Both the position numbers and the translations under genes were made by a program. Shown in pieces: positions 31,917 through 44,085 of a stretch of DNA of 64,000 bases; position 1 is the first letter of the stretch, and each line of letters begins with the position of its first letter. Origin of the DNA: an uncultured Planctomycetaceae bacterium (lineage in GTDB: Bacteria; Planctomycetota; Planctomycetia; Isosphaerales; Isosphaeraceae); contig CAWIAD010000002.1 of assembly GCA_963833985.1 (NCBI GenBank), forward strand, positions 5,696,001 through 5,760,000. Direction: 5' to 3'. The notes under the pieces are model-generated. The model saw only the letters and a list, made by a program, of their open reading frames with translations, was not told the DNA's origin and made no database searches.

Positions 31917-34543
31917 TCAGCGGCGATCTCGTCCCGCGATCCAGTCAGGCGGTGGCTCATCTTTGAGATGGTGATCGAAGAACTGCTGGGCGCGTTGCTG
32001 GAAGTCCTCATTGAGCCCGTGGCCCGCGTGCGGGTAGGCGACCAGGTAGGCCGGACGCTTCAGATGCCGCAACAGGTTGAACAGCGACTCGCCCTCCCGG
32101 CAATCGACCACGGTGTCTTGCCTTCCGACTCCGATCAGCAAGGGCGTTGTGATGCCGTGTGCCTGGTACATGAGCGAACTGGCAACGTAAGCCTGCGGAT
32201 CTTCCCAGAAGGGAACCGGCATGCCGAGCGTCCGGAGCCAGCCGATCTCCGAATGCACATTCCCCCGGCGGCCGGTGAGGAGGTCATTCACCCAATCGAC
32301 GACTGGACTGCCGGCGACTCCTGCGGCAAAGAGCTTCGACTTGCTCAGAACGAAGGCGGTTTCGTAGCCGCCATGGCTGATCCCCACCAAGCCGATCCGG
32401 CCCGGGTTCACCTCGCCCCGAAGAAGCACGGCACGCACGGCGGACTCGACGCAGTCCACGGACGATGGGCCGACCTCGCGCGGCTGATGGACAATGTCCG
32501 GCAGGAGCGCAAAGTAGCCCCTGCTCGCGAAAACCATCGGGTCGTCGAACGGGGCCGGGCTCGGGCGGAATCGGAAATGATCGTGGGAGCGAAGCCCGTA
32601 GATCGAGACGATCATCGGGTACTTCTTCGAGCGATCGTAGGCGACAGGGTAGACCAGCGTAGCCTGCAACTCCCCCTCGTGCCGGTCGCGATACTGGATC
32701 AGCTCTCGCCTGGGCCGCGGGACGGAATCGTCCCCCGGCTTGACATCGGTCATAGGGCATAGGTCGCCTCCCCGCGCGGTCGCCGTGCAGAAGTTGGGGG
32801 GCGCGTCATAGGTTTCGCGCTGGAAGACGAACCGCTCGGCAGCGCGGGCCCTGGCCAATCGTTCAACCGCCCATGGCCCGAAGGCGATGACGTTCTCTGA
32901 CCCGTCTGCACGAACGCGGACGTAACCCGAGTGTTTACTACGGGTCTCCTCCACGTGGAAGTCGAAGAAATCGCCGGACGCGTAGTCCCGGCCGGCGGTG
33001 GCGACAAAGCGGTACACTCGACCGCGCTCGCGGCCTCGAGTCAACCGCCGCGGGGTCGTCCCGTCCGGACGCAGTAACCAGGCGTCGTACCTGTCGTGTG
33101 CAATCAGGCCGCGGTCGTCGTCGAACCAGTCGACTCCCGTGATGGGCCCTCCACTGCCACGGGCCATCGCGAGATTGGCTTCGAAGGTCAGCTCGGGTGC
33201 AGGGGTGAGGTCGCGGCGAGAGCCATCGGTCGTATCGTAACTCCACCAGTGTCCCCGGTCGAAATAGGCCGCGTATCGGCCGGTGCGCGAAGGCGAGACA
33301 ACCGCAACCGGCCTCTTTGCCAGGGGGGTCCGAGTGCCGCTCTTCGGGTCGATGATGTCCCAATTGATGAGAACCGGGGTGCCCGAGAACGGTGCCACGG
33401 AATCAGCTCTGGGCACCAGCACGTTGCGGCCCCTGGGAAGCAGGACCATGGACGCCTGATCTTCGCTGGCAACCTTGACGATACGACCCTCGGCGGGGAT
33501 CCAGGCGAAGAGCCAGCCGCTCACCGGCGAGGTGCCCTCCTTCAGGCTGTCGTTCACGCTGTTGTAGATAACTAGATCGGTCGCCCGGTGGATTTCCACC
33601 TCGTCGTCTCGCGGCCGAGGCGGCCCGGCCACCGGCTCGTTTCGGACCACGAAGTAGACGATGGCCCCGGCATCCGCAACGCGGGGTTCGGAAGGATCCA
33701 GAAAGGCGTTCCGGGTCCAGGGTGCATGCGCGTCAAGCAGGATGCTCCGAACGCGCGGCGTCCTCGCCGTCGCGTCCTCGATCGCGACCATCAGGTCGGC
33801 CGCCTCTCCGTCGGGCCTGTCCTGCGCAACGACGATCGCCAGCGCGCGATGGTCGCCGCCCCATACCAGTGCCGTGACCTCGCCGCGGAAGTCGCAGACT
33901 CGCCGGGATTCGGATTCTCCCAGGCGCAGCACGTCCAGGTAGGCCCGACCGTTCTGCTCCGGTCTTGCGACCGCGACGAACCGACCGTCGCCGCTGAGCT
34001 GGTGCAGGGAGGCCGGGCCAATTGCACGGATCTTGTCGTCGATGAGCGAGTCGATGTAAACCTCCTCGGCACCTTCCGGCGCTTGCCTGCGCTTGGGTCT
34101 GTCATCCCGGGATGGCCCTTGATCACGAGATGCCGTGCATCAGGTGTCGCGGTGACGCTCGACGGAGACCGGAACGACCGTCTTGTCTTCAACGTCTCGA
34201 CGTCGAGGACGACATATTCAAATCCCCCCGGTGTGACGGTCGCGTAGATCAGAGATTTCGAGTCGGCGGCGAACATCGGCTCGCTCTGTCCTCCCTGCCC
34301 GCCCATGGTCTCGCCGACGACCTCCCGGCACGAGCGGCCGTCAGTCTCGCGGATCAGCAAGCGGCCCGTGCCTTGCCCCGAGTTGATGGTGCAGGCGAAC
34401 CAGCGTCCGTCGGGGGAGAGTACGGGCGATTGCGGGCTCACTGGCAGCTCAGCGGGGCCAGCACTCCCAGCGCCCGAGCCGGATGCTCGGGAGGTAGACG
34501 ACAAAGCCAGGATGGAAAGGATTGCAGCGTACAGGAAGGCCAT
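31917..34543 (-). pseudogene. S9 prolyl-oligopeptidase-family peptidase, frameshifted near 34080-34125
   Basis: Signal peptide and SPDGRW propeller; C-terminal GISHGGY, QDTVVD, AGHG catalytic triad. Confidence 0.8.
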
Positions 34544-34687
34544 ATCGAGATATGCGCACACGTCGTTCAACTCCCGGGTGAATGAAGGTGTGACGTGAAG
34601 ATGAAGTCGATGAGACTGAGCCCGCTCAAATCGCGCCTGCTGCGGAGGCCATGGTTCCGGTCCCCGCGGGCCGGTTGTTCCGCCGGT

Positions 34688-35344
34688 CTACCTTCCGGGT
34701 TGGTGGGGACTGCCGAAGGGCATGGACGCCCGCCATCCGGCGCCAAACGACAGTTCAAGCTTCATCCGCAAGGCCTGTACGTCGACATCCTTGACCTCGA
34801 TGGAATTTCCCAGCTTCTTCCCGGCCTTCTCGAGGGGCACCGAGAACAGCGGCTGAGAGCCGGTACCGAATGCCTGCAGGACGTAGCGGGTGTCCTCCTT
34901 GCGGCTGGCCGTCAGGACAAGGCAGTTGATATCAAGCCGGCCGGCTTTTGGATCCTCATACACGGCGTTCTGCATTCGCCCCCGATCGACAAGCTGACCG
35001 TCGACGACCGGCATCCAGGCCAGGAACGTGAAGAGATAGCCGACCGGCACGCCGTATCCCTGGTGGACTTCCTTGCCTTGAAAGTCCGCCTTCTCGAGGT
35101 CCTTCTGAGGCACGAACAGGAAGAACGGCAGAGTTTGAGGGCGGATGCCGACCCCGGCGGCGTGCTCCGGATCGGCCTCGACCCGCGCGGGACATTTCCC
35201 GGGCGATTCCAGACCGGCCAGAAAGCTTTTTGCGGTACGCACGGCATCGCGCGGTCTCTGCGGGGAGAACTCCTGAGCGTCCGCGGCCGAGCCGACCAGC
35301 AACGCGATCACGGAGATGCACGATGGGTGAAACGTCATTCTCAT
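34688..35344 (-). CDS. Secreted hypothetical protein
   Basis: Signal peptide ending ADA-Q; AAGGA RBS; co-oriented with flanking genes. Confidence 0.7.
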   Translation of the reverse strand: MRMTFHPSCISVIALLVGSAADAQEFSPQRPRDAVRTAKSFLAGLESPGKCPARVEADPEHAAGVGIRPQTLPFFLFVPQKDLEKADFQGKEVHQGYGVPVGYLFTFLAWMPVVDGQLVDRGRMQNAVYEDPKAGRLDINCLVLTASRKEDTRYVLQAFGTGSQPLFSVPLEKAGKKLGNSIEVKDVDVQALRMKLELSFGAGWRASMPFGSPHQPGR

Positions 35345-35480
35345 GGCGATGTCCTTCGAGATTGGAACGGAAGGGAAGGGAAGGGAAGCAGCGAAGACCC
35401 AGAGAGACCACGGCGCAGAGCGCGGAATCTCCGCTGCCCGCAGTCTTGCGAGTCCAGGCCCACGAGGCTTTGTGTTTCGC

Positions 35481-36326
35481 TCAGAGCGAAGGAGTCTTCC
35501 CCGTGATGGCCCCGAGCGCCACGGCCATGCAGGTGAGGAAGGCGAGCAAGCTTGCCAGACTCACAAAGAGAAGGGTCCCATGGCGGCGAAAGCCGCCGGC
35601 GAAGGGGGCGTAACAGTCGCGTATGACCTCAGGCCAGCGCCAGGCAATGAAGCCGAGAAACGCCAGCGATAAGGATCCCAGCATCACGCAGGTGAAGGCG
35701 GTGATGGTGCCCAGAGGATACTGGCGGGCCCATGCGACGATCTCGTGGAAACCGCCTGCATCGGTCAAGAGCACCTCGGTCGTGACCGCGACCGCCAGCG
35801 GCCAGAGCAGCATCAGCACGGTCAAGGGGACATATACGGCGAGTAACGATGGGTAGATCAGCCACTTCTCCGGACCCCTGGGTTCGGCAATCGCCGAGAG
35901 CGAGGCGCGAGCCAGGACGAAGCTGAGCGCAAGCCCCACCAGCAGGAAAGGAAGCACCCCCGTGACGTGGAGCTCCAGGTTCAGGCATGCCGCCAGGAAC
36001 AGCGTCAGCGCCAGCATGACGAACGAGAGGTAGCCGAGCCGGAGGTCCTCCGGCCCCGACCGGAGCGCCAGCAAGGCCCGCTGCAAAAGGCCCAGCTCCT
36101 CCTGCGGGACCCACCGGGACGGGCTGCCAAGCTTGCGCAGGACGGCCTGCAACTCGGCGGTATCGACAGCCACATGGGCACCTGCCAGCGCGTGTTCGAT
36201 GTGCTCCTCAACGTCACGCTCGACTTCCGCCACATCGACGGACGCGCAATGCCGCAAGGACAGGCGCACTTCCGCCAGGTAGCCGTCCAGGCAGCGCCTG
36301 GCGGCGTCTGTGAGCTCGATCATCAT
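35481..36326 (-). CDS. Membrane protein with N-terminal HAAS/DUF1700-like domain
   Basis: YLAEVRLSL..DVEEHIEHAL..VLRKLGSP followed by ~5 TM helices; ATGA overlap with padR stop. Confidence 0.75.
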   Translation of the reverse strand: MMIELTDAARRCLDGYLAEVRLSLRHCASVDVAEVERDVEEHIEHALAGAHVAVDTAELQAVLRKLGSPSRWVPQEELGLLQRALLALRSGPEDLRLGYLSFVMLALTLFLAACLNLELHVTGVLPFLLVGLALSFVLARASLSAIAEPRGPEKWLIYPSLLAVYVPLTVLMLLWPLAVAVTTEVLLTDAGGFHEIVAWARQYPLGTITAFTCVMLGSLSLAFLGFIAWRWPEVIRDCYAPFAGGFRRHGTLLFVSLASLLAFLTCMAVALGAITGKTPSL

Positions 36327-36670
36327 GGCTCCCCTTTCCGCAGGCATTTGACCCCCGCCTCGATCAGGTCCCAAGCGGCATTCATCCGCCCGAGAACTTT
36401 CTCGCCCTTCATCGTCAATTTGTAGTACTTGCGGACCGGGCCTCCGCTCGATTCCTCGAGCTCAACAGCCACCAGACCCTGGGCGCGGAACCGGCTGAGG
36501 ATGGGATAGATTGTCCCGTCGCCGATGACCAGCCCATCGACGATTCGCAGCCGCTTGACGATGTCATAGCCGTACAGCCGCTCCCCGCTCAGGGCATTCA
36601 AGATGCACAGCTCCAGCACGCCCTTCCGCGCCTGGACGTTCCAGTTTTCCAGCGCCTTGTCGATCTCCAT
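36323..36670 (-). CDS. PadR-family transcriptional regulator
   Basis: RKGVLELCIL, YGYDIV, GTIYPILSR, RKYYKLTMKG. Confidence 0.92.
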   Translation of the reverse strand: MEIDKALENWNVQARKGVLELCILNALSGERLYGYDIVKRLRIVDGLVIGDGTIYPILSRFRAQGLVAVELEESSGGPVRKYYKLTMKGEKVLGRMNAAWDLIEAGVKCLRKGEP

Positions 36671-36675
36671 GAGCC

Positions 36676-36733
36676 CAGTATATGGCATCGCAAGATACTG
36701 TCAATAGCAGCTAGATGGTTTTACAAGATACTG
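36676..36733 (-). promoter_or_regulatory. Sigma70-type promoter and candidate PadR operators
   Basis: TTGACA-N16-TATACT-N6-ATG on minus strand; CAGTAT-N13-ATACTG inverted repeat; CAAGATACTG at 36691 and 36724. Confidence 0.7.
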
Positions 36734-36888
36734 GTCCGGACAATCGCACAGCGCCGGCCCCGGACGGGAACTGGCAAGCTCACGGCCCGCCCACTACGAT
36801 GGATGCCACGCCAGGTTTTTTGCCCCATCCACAGGACGGGGAATGTTCGAGGTTCCATCGCATGCCATCGCGCCGATCTTCCGAGCTC

Positions 36889-39814
36889 ATGAGGTTTCTT
36901 CTTTATCTGTTCCTCTTGAACGCCCTCTGCGGTTTCGGCTTGCCGGTCAGTCGCGCGCGAGCCGACGAGCAGACCCTGCGTATCGAGGTTGACGCCCGTG
37001 AGCTGCCCCGGCGGCTGCTGCACACGCGTGTGCAGGTGGAGTGCAAGCCCGGACCCCTGGCGCTCTGGTATCCCAAGTGGATTCCGGGCACGCACGCCCC
37101 CAGCGGTCCGCTGGATTCGGTGGGTGGACTGAGGCTGAGGACCGCACAGGGCAAGGACATTCCCTGGCAGCGTGACGGGGTCGAACTCTATCGCCTGTGC
37201 TGCGAGGTGCCCGGCGGGACGCATGAGATTCAGGCCCTGCTCGACACAATCTGCAATGCGCCAAGCGTGGAGGCCAGCGGGCACCTGAGCTACGGGAACG
37301 CCTTGCTGGGCATCATCAACTGGCCCACGTGCCTGCTCTATCCCGAGGGCCCGACCGCCAGGCAAACGCGAGTTGCGCTGTCGCTGCGGCTGCCGCACGG
37401 CTGGAAATACGCCACGAGCCTCAAGATCCAGAGTGAGACCGAAGGAGTGATCCGGTTCGAGCCGGTCTCGCTCGCCACCCTGGCCGATTCACCGCTCATC
37501 GCCGGCACGCACCTGCGCACCATCCCGCTCGCGACCGGGCCCAATCCGCCCGCGTTCTTCCACTTGGCCTCCGAGTCTCCGGCCGCGCTCCAGCTTGCAC
37601 CAGCCACGGTGGACCTCTACAGCCGGGTGGTGCGCGAGGCCGGGGCGCTGTTCGGCGCCTGTCACTACGCCGAGTTCCATTTCCTGATCACGTGCAGCGA
37701 CGAGCTCGGCTACCTGGGGCTGGAGCACCTTTCGTCGAGCATCAACGGCGTGCGCGAGCGCGACCTCATCGACGGCACGAACCGCAGGGGCTGGGTCGCG
37801 AACCTCATCCCGCATGAATATGTCCATTCCTGGTGCGGCAAGTACCGGCGGCCCGCCGGACAGTGCACGGCCGACTTCCACACGCCCCAGCGCACTGCGC
37901 TGCTCTGGGTTTATGAGGGGCTGGGAGAGTACCTTGGCGAGCTGCTCATGGTGCGCAGCGGTCTGGTCTCGCCCAGCGCGTACCGCGAGAACCTGACCGC
38001 GTCGATCGGCGGCCTGATGCTGCGGACTGGCAGGAGCTGGCGCTCGTTGCAGGACACGGCCGTGGCATCGCATCTTCTTCGAGCCCCGAGCCTGAGCTGG
38101 AACGAGCTGCGCCGCGCCCAGGACTATTACCCGGAGGGCGGCGCTCATCTGGATGGAGGCCGACGCGATCATCCGGCAACGGAGCGACGGAGCACGCAGC
38201 CTGGATGATTTCTGCCGCAGGTTTCTGGGCCGGAACTCCTCCCCGGACGACACGGTGCCCTACGAGCTGCCGGAGATCATCACGCACCTCAAGGCAACGG
38301 CCAATTTCGACTGGGAGCGATTCCTCTCTGAGCGGACGAGCCGGCCGCTGGACGCACTGCCTCTGGAGCTGGTGGGCCGCCTCGGTTACCGCCTTCAGTA
38401 CGTTCCCGCGCCGCCGGATCAGGATCGCGGCATGGGCCGCGGCCGCACGGGCATCTCCGCTCAGCACTCGCTGGGCCTGAGCTTTGGCAATGAAGGCCAG
38501 ATCCTCGATATCGTCCCAGGGATGCCGGGTGATAAGGCTGGCCTGGCGCCGGGCATGAAGGTCATGGGTATTGGCGGCCGGCTCTTCAGCGCCCGGCGGC
38601 TTCAGGACGCGCTCGGTGAAAGCGTCGCCACCCGGCGCATCGAGCTGTTGGTCCTCGAGGGCGACCAGTTCAAGACGATCGTCATCCCCTACGCCGACGG
38701 CCCCAGGTATCTGACGATGGTTCGAGACGAATCGAAGCCAGACCTGCTGGGCCAGATCCTCAAGCCGATCGCGGAGCAGGAAAAGCCCATGCACTCGCCG
38801 CAGAGCGCGCGCCGTCCGGAAAGAGGTGCGTCCCTTCCCAGGGGTTACGTCGCCTATCGCGCGGAGAAACCGCTTCGTATCGACGGCAAGCTCGACGAGC
38901 CCGCCTGGCAGGCCGCACCCTGGACCGATGCGTTCGTGGATATCGAGGGCGACCGCAAACCGCATCCCAGGTATCCAACCCAGGCCAAAATGCTCTGGGA
39001 TGATCAGTACCTGTACGTCGCCGCCAGGCTCGACGAACCGCATGTCTGGGGCACGTTGACGAAGCATGACTCGGTCATCTTCCATGACAACGACTTCGAG
39101 GTCTTCATCGATCCCGACGGCGATCACCATGAATATTACGAGATCGAGATCAACGCGCTGGGCACCGAGTGGGACCTCTTCCTGAAGAAGCCCTATCGCG
39201 ACGGCGGACCGGCCGTGGACGCCTGGGAGATCCCCGGGCTCAGGTCGGCCGTCCATGTCGAGGGTACCTTGAACAACCCCGGCGACACGGATAGCTTCTG
39301 GGCGGTCGAGCTCGCGTTCCCCTGGAAAGTGCTGGCCGAGTATGCCCACCGTCCCGCGCCACCGCGCGACGGCGAGCAGTGGCGCATCAACTTCTCTCGC
39401 GTCGAGTGGCGGCACGAAGTGAAGGACGGGAAATACCGCAAGGTCCCGGACACGCCCGAGAACAACTGGGTCTGGTCGCCGCAGGGCGTCATCGACATGC
39501 ACCGGCCCGAGCGCTGGGGCGTCGTGCAGTTCTCCACCGCCGCGCCGGGAAGCATCACGTATCGACCCGATCCCGCGCTGCCGACCCGCGAGCGTCTGAT
39601 CGAGATCTATCACGCCCAGAAGCGGTTCCACGACAAGAACGGGCGCTGGGCCGAACGCAGCGACCAGCTCGACATTGCGGCCGCACCAGGGGAGAAGCCC
39701 GCCATCAAGGCCATGCCTGGTGGTTACGAGGCCGCTCTCACGTTCACACCCGAAGGGGGTGCGCAGCAAACCTGGACGATTCGCGAGGACTCGAGGATCA
39801 CGCGCAGGCCGTGA
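36889..39814 (+). pseudogene. M61 metallopeptidase-PDZ-CBM9-like fusion, frameshifted by one extra base near 38140
   Basis: PKWIPG, GLEH, HEYVHSW, WVYEG, DYYPEG|ALIWME; PDZ-like PGDKAGLAPG; then IDGKLDEPAW, FEVFIDPDGD, WRINFSRVEW. Confidence 0.8.
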
Positions 39815-39821
39815 GGCGTTC

Positions 39822-42456
39822 TCATTCGGACCAGGCGAATTCGCCCGAATCGACGCCCCAGTCCATGCCAAAGAATCCGGCGGCCGCCAGGGCGGAATCT
39901 CCCAGTTCGGGCGCCCGGCGCGGAAGACCGTGCAGTCCGGATAGGCCACGCCCGACACGAAATAGGGGAGCCGAACCGTGAGCCGCAGCCCGGCCAGCCC
40001 CGTCCCGGACACGGCCGCCACCGAGGCCTTGTCGCTGTCGGGGCGAGACCGCAGGAACAGGCAGGCCAGGTCCTCGCCCGCAAGTTTGCGTTCTCCGATC
40101 CGCAGGCTGCCGCGCTTCACCTGAACGGGGCTGCCCGAGAGCAGCGCCGGCCAGGCCGCGTTGCTTTCGGAGTGGCCATAAAGGATCACGCTCCGGTCCT
40201 GGAACTCGGCCTTGCGGCCAGGGTCGAGAAACTGGCGGTCGGAGAGGAGATCGACCGAGCCATTGCCGCGGTACCAGAAGAGCTCGGCGTCGTAGCGGGC
40301 GCGAGCGAAGGACAGGGCGTTCTCCGGGGCGTTCCCCGCGGTGCCGTAGACGAGCACGAACCGATGGCGGAAGGCGTCCTTGAACGGTCCGTAACGATGC
40401 GGGCCCTTGAGCGCAGGGGATGGAGGCTCACTCAGGACAGACCAGCGCGGGCCATTGCGGACCATCCAGATCCGCAGCCCATTCTTCTCGCTCGAGACCC
40501 CGGCCGCGTGCAATGCCTGGCCGTCCAGGTTCAGCGAGACCGCCCCATCGCCACGGGGAAGCGCGCGCGTGAGGTCAAGCGCCAGGCGAGCCACATTCTC
40601 GGTGGTCCCCGTAAGGCGCCGCTGGCCGCGATCGAGCACCAGGTGCACAGCGCTGGGGGCCAGGCACCTGGTCTGGGCCTCGATTGTCGCCCAGCCAGAG
40701 CGGGGCGAGACTCCGGGACTCATCGTCACGAAATCAATCTTGCGCACGTCTTCCGGAGCAGGCAGCCTGCGCTCATTCAGGAATGCGAAGAGCGGAGGCC
40801 AGTCGACGCACGGAGAACCCCACCAGTGCCCGGCACCCGGCTGCTCGTGGTAGGCGAAGTCGGGATGAAACGTCCCCAGGACCTCGCGCATCCGCCGGGC
40901 CTGATCGACCGGGACGTTGTCGTCGGCGTCTCCGTGCAAGACGTAGACGCCGCGGGGAGCGAGGTTGCGGACCAGGGCGAGCGTGTCGCTGGGGTTACCC
41001 GCGCGTGCGACGAGCTGCTCGATCGCACTGGCCTTCTCGCTCTTCCGGGCCCCGGCATAGGACCACATGCTGATCCACCCCGCGCTGGGGGCGGCCACGG
41101 CGAACCGATCGGGGAACGTCACGCCCAGGTGCCAGGTTCCGTGTCCGCCCATGGAATGACCGGTCAGGTAGGTCCGGAGCGGATCTGTCTGGAGCTCCTG
41201 CCGCGCGCGTTCCAGCACCTCGATCGCGTCGAGGCGACCCCAGTCTTCCCAGTCGAAGCCGTAGGGGCGCCGGTTCGTGGGCGCGACCAGGTGCAGGCCC
41301 GGTTTGCCCGCATAGGCTTCGGCCTGGCCGATCGCTTCCACCGCCGCACCGTGGAGGGTCAGCACCAGACCGGGCCGGGCTGGTGGCGCCGGGGTCTGCG
41401 GTCGCGGGCCCGCCTCCGCACTCTGCTCAGGACGCGCGGGAAGCAGCGCGTAGTACTGGACGCTGCCGTCGACCGCGCTGCGGAACGTCCGCTTGCGCGC
41501 CTGGTCGGGCTGGCGAACGCGCAGTTTGAGGCTTGCGCGATCGAGTGTTTCGACTGGTGACTCACTGGTGCGCTGAATCCGCAAAGCGAGTGTCACGGAG
41601 GCGTCGCTGGTTTCTCGGGGCGCCGGGCCGGCAATCTGAAAGCCGACTTTACGGAGGGAACAGGGAGGAAGGGAAGGAACCCTGGTCTCGACGGGCTCCG
41701 CGGCGGCAAGCTGGCTCTGGATCGTCAGGTGGTCCAGAGCCTGCTCGGAACAGTTCATGACGATGATGGCCGCCTCGGCTTGCACCGGCTCGTCCGCCAC
41801 GAGATCCGGGGTGGTCAGATCGCCCGGGTCTAGCTCGGCGTCCGCTCGCGAGGGGCGGAGGCGGGCCGTCACGCGCCCTCCGCGGCCCGCCTGGAAGAGG
41901 AGGTGGTTCGACCCGCGCGACAAACGCACTGGCAGACACACATAACCGTGCGCATAGGGATCGCCCACGCGAGGCTCACCTTCCAGGTAAACCAGCGAGT
42001 GGCCTGCGGCCTCGAGCACCATGATTCGCTGGAAATCCGAGTGGACCTGGACAGCCAGGTAGCCTGCGCGGCCCGGGACCTCGAAGCTGCCTGCTGCGCT
42101 GGCCTCAATAGCTTTCCAGGTCCGCGTTTGCCCGTTTTTGAAGGCAACCCCCTGATCCTTCGCGGGCATGGTCCAGTTTCCGGCGACCATCTGCGCCGCC
42201 ACGGGATCCATGCTCATGAGCGACCGATCCACCCGTCCGGGCGTCTCGACGCCAGCGCCAGCCGGGGAAGAACGGGCGGTGGCGCCGAAGCCGGCGCGGA
42301 TGGATCGGGTGGCGAGACGGCCTGGAGGTCAATGGCCAGCACGAGCGTCAGGGCAAGCGCGAGGGCCGCGCTCCGGACGAGCTGGAGGCAGGCTGCCAGA
42401 GCGTCCAGGCGACTTCGAGAGCCGCGATGATTCGAAAGCCGGTGGTTACAAAGCAT
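39822..42456 (-). pseudogene. Large secreted alpha/beta hydrolase (peptidase/esterase), frameshifts near 42240 and 39910
   Basis: GHSMGG, HGDADDNVP, GAGHWW; restored C-terminus AAGFFGMDWGVDSGEFAWSE stop at 39822. Confidence 0.8.
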
Positions 42457-42625
42457 GGCCAATCTGTTCCGTCAACAGCGGAGAGCAATGTCGTGGCAGG
42501 TAACCTGGCGATGTGATTGTACCAGGCGGCCCGCGGCGATGTTGCCCTCGGGGCGGTTTCCAGGCTACGCTGAAAGTTGACATGTGTCGGATTGCCGCCA
42601 AACTCGACCAGCCAGGAGCAGAACC

Positions 42626-42874
42626 ATGTCGGGTCCCCAGCCGCAGCCGGAGCAGTCGACCGATCAGGTTGTGGAAGCCTGCGCGATCAGCGTTGGCCGG
42701 CAGGTGCTCGGTCGGGAGCTCTCGCCTGCTGAAATGCAGGCGCTGCGGGCCATCTTTTCCGCCGCGGCCCAGGCGCTCGCGGAGGGCTTCATCGAGCGGC
42801 TGGCGACGCAGGTTCTTGCCGAGCGCCGGGATGAGAAGATCGAGGAATTCTTCGAGAACGTGAAGACCGACTGA
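42626..42874 (+). CDS. Small acidic helical hypothetical protein
   Basis: AGGAG RBS before ATG at 42626; fills an intergenic gap. Confidence 0.7.
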   Translation: MSGPQPQPEQSTDQVVEACAISVGRQVLGRELSPAEMQALRAIFSAAAQALAEGFIERLATQVLAERRDEKIEEFFENVKTD

Positions 42875-42888
42875 ATCAGCCCGCCGTT

Positions 42889-43362
42889 TCACTCGGCCAG
42901 ACGCCGGTACTTGCCCGCGTGGTAGAGAAGCGGCAGACCGGTTTGCAAGGCTCCCGCGACGATCTCGCCGATGAAGATCTCATGGTCGCCGCCGGGAAGG
43001 ATGTCGACCACGCGGCAATCAACGTAGGCCAGGCACTCGGCCAGGATCGGAGCCCCGGTTGCCTCGGTCTGAACCGACAGCCCCGTGAAGTCCTTCGGAC
43101 CAGGTGTCGCGAACCGCCGCGAGACCTCCTCCTGGTCCAGCCGCAGAATGTTCACCGCGAAGCAGCGGTTGATCCTGAGAAACTCCAGCGAGTGTGCCCT
43201 CTTGTCCACGGCCACCAGCAGCAGGGGCGGATCCAGCGAGAGTGAGGCGATCGCGTTGGCCGTCAAACCGTGCGGGCCGGCCGCACCATCGGTGGTCACC
43301 ACGGTCACGCCCGTGGCGAACTGCCCCATGATTCTCCGCTGTAGTGCCGGATCGAATGCCAT
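42889..43362 (-). CDS. Flavin reductase family protein
   Basis: FATGVTVVT, SLSLDPPL, FAVNIL, GGDHEIFIGE. Confidence 0.93.
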   Translation of the reverse strand: MAFDPALQRRIMGQFATGVTVVTTDGAAGPHGLTANAIASLSLDPPLLLVAVDKRAHSLEFLRINRCFAVNILRLDQEEVSRRFATPGPKDFTGLSVQTEATGAPILAECLAYVDCRVVDILPGGDHEIFIGEIVAGALQTGLPLLYHAGKYRRLAE

Positions 43363-43438
43363 GCGACGACTCACCCTCCAACCACGGACCGGGAACCGAT
43401 ACACGCCCCCAGGCCGCCCCTGGCGCGTGCGTCACATT

Positions 43439-43578
43439 TTACACGATGGGTGTTCCTGGGAGCGACCGCTGCCGTCGCAACCGGTACTTCAGACCGGTCA
43501 CGAAAAAGCAAGCCGCGGCAACGCTCCCGAAGATCAATGGCGCGAAGCGAGGGAACCAGGCCATCGGCAGGATCGCCA
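43439..43578 (-). pseudogene. Displaced duplicate of the Ser/Thr kinase 3' end
   Basis: 43467-43578 matches 44460-44571 (17 mismatches in 112 bp, no gaps); encodes AILPMAWFPRFAPLIFGSVAAACFFVTGLKYRLRRQRSLPGTPIV*. Confidence 0.9.
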
Positions 43579-44085
43579 CTACGGCTTCGCGGCCGCCCGG
43601 ATGGTGCTCAGGGGAAGTAAGAGCCGCAGCTCGTCGGCCGTGAACGGCATGAACCCGAATCGCTCATAGAAGATCCTGGCCTGGGCGTCGAGAGCATCGA
43701 CGACCACCGCATGGATTCCCACCTTCTCCGATAGGTCGAGCGATCGTGTCATCGCATCGCGGAGCAGGAAGCCGCCCAGCCCTCTGCCTTGCAGGTCATG
43801 ATCGACGGCCAGCCGTGCGAGCAGAATGACTGGCACGGCGTGCCGGGGGAGCTTTCTGGCACGGCCCGCGGGCAGGTTTTCTACCTGAACCGCTCCGCAG
43901 GCGAGGGTGTAGTAACCCAGCACGCGCCGGTCGTCTCCCTGGAGCCCCACATAGGTCCGCCCCAGGTCCCGCTTCTCGTATTGTGTGACCAGCACGTGGA
44001 GAAAGTCGTTGAGCGCGGGCTTGCCACAGTCGAAGCCCGCTCGCACGTGGCTTCGGTCGAGCCGCACGATGCGCCACTCATCCAC
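43579..44085 (-). CDS. GNAT acetyltransferase toxin (TacT/AtaT-like)
   Basis: FDCGKPALNDFL, GYYTL, LARLAVD..QGRGLG, FYERFGF. Confidence 0.9.
   Translation of the reverse strand: MDEWRIVRLDRSHVRAGFDCGKPALNDFLHVLVTQYEKRDLGRTYVGLQGDDRRVLGYYTLACGAVQVENLPAGRARKLPRHAVPVILLARLAVDHDLQGRGLGGFLLRDAMTRSLDLSEKVGIHAVVVDALDAQARIFYERFGFMPFTADELRLLLPLSTIRAAAKP

Noticed and set aside
37946..42232. 1428-aa giant protein
   Set aside because: A frameshift near 39910 causes read-through antisense to the M61/CBM9 gene; the plausible stop is at 39822.
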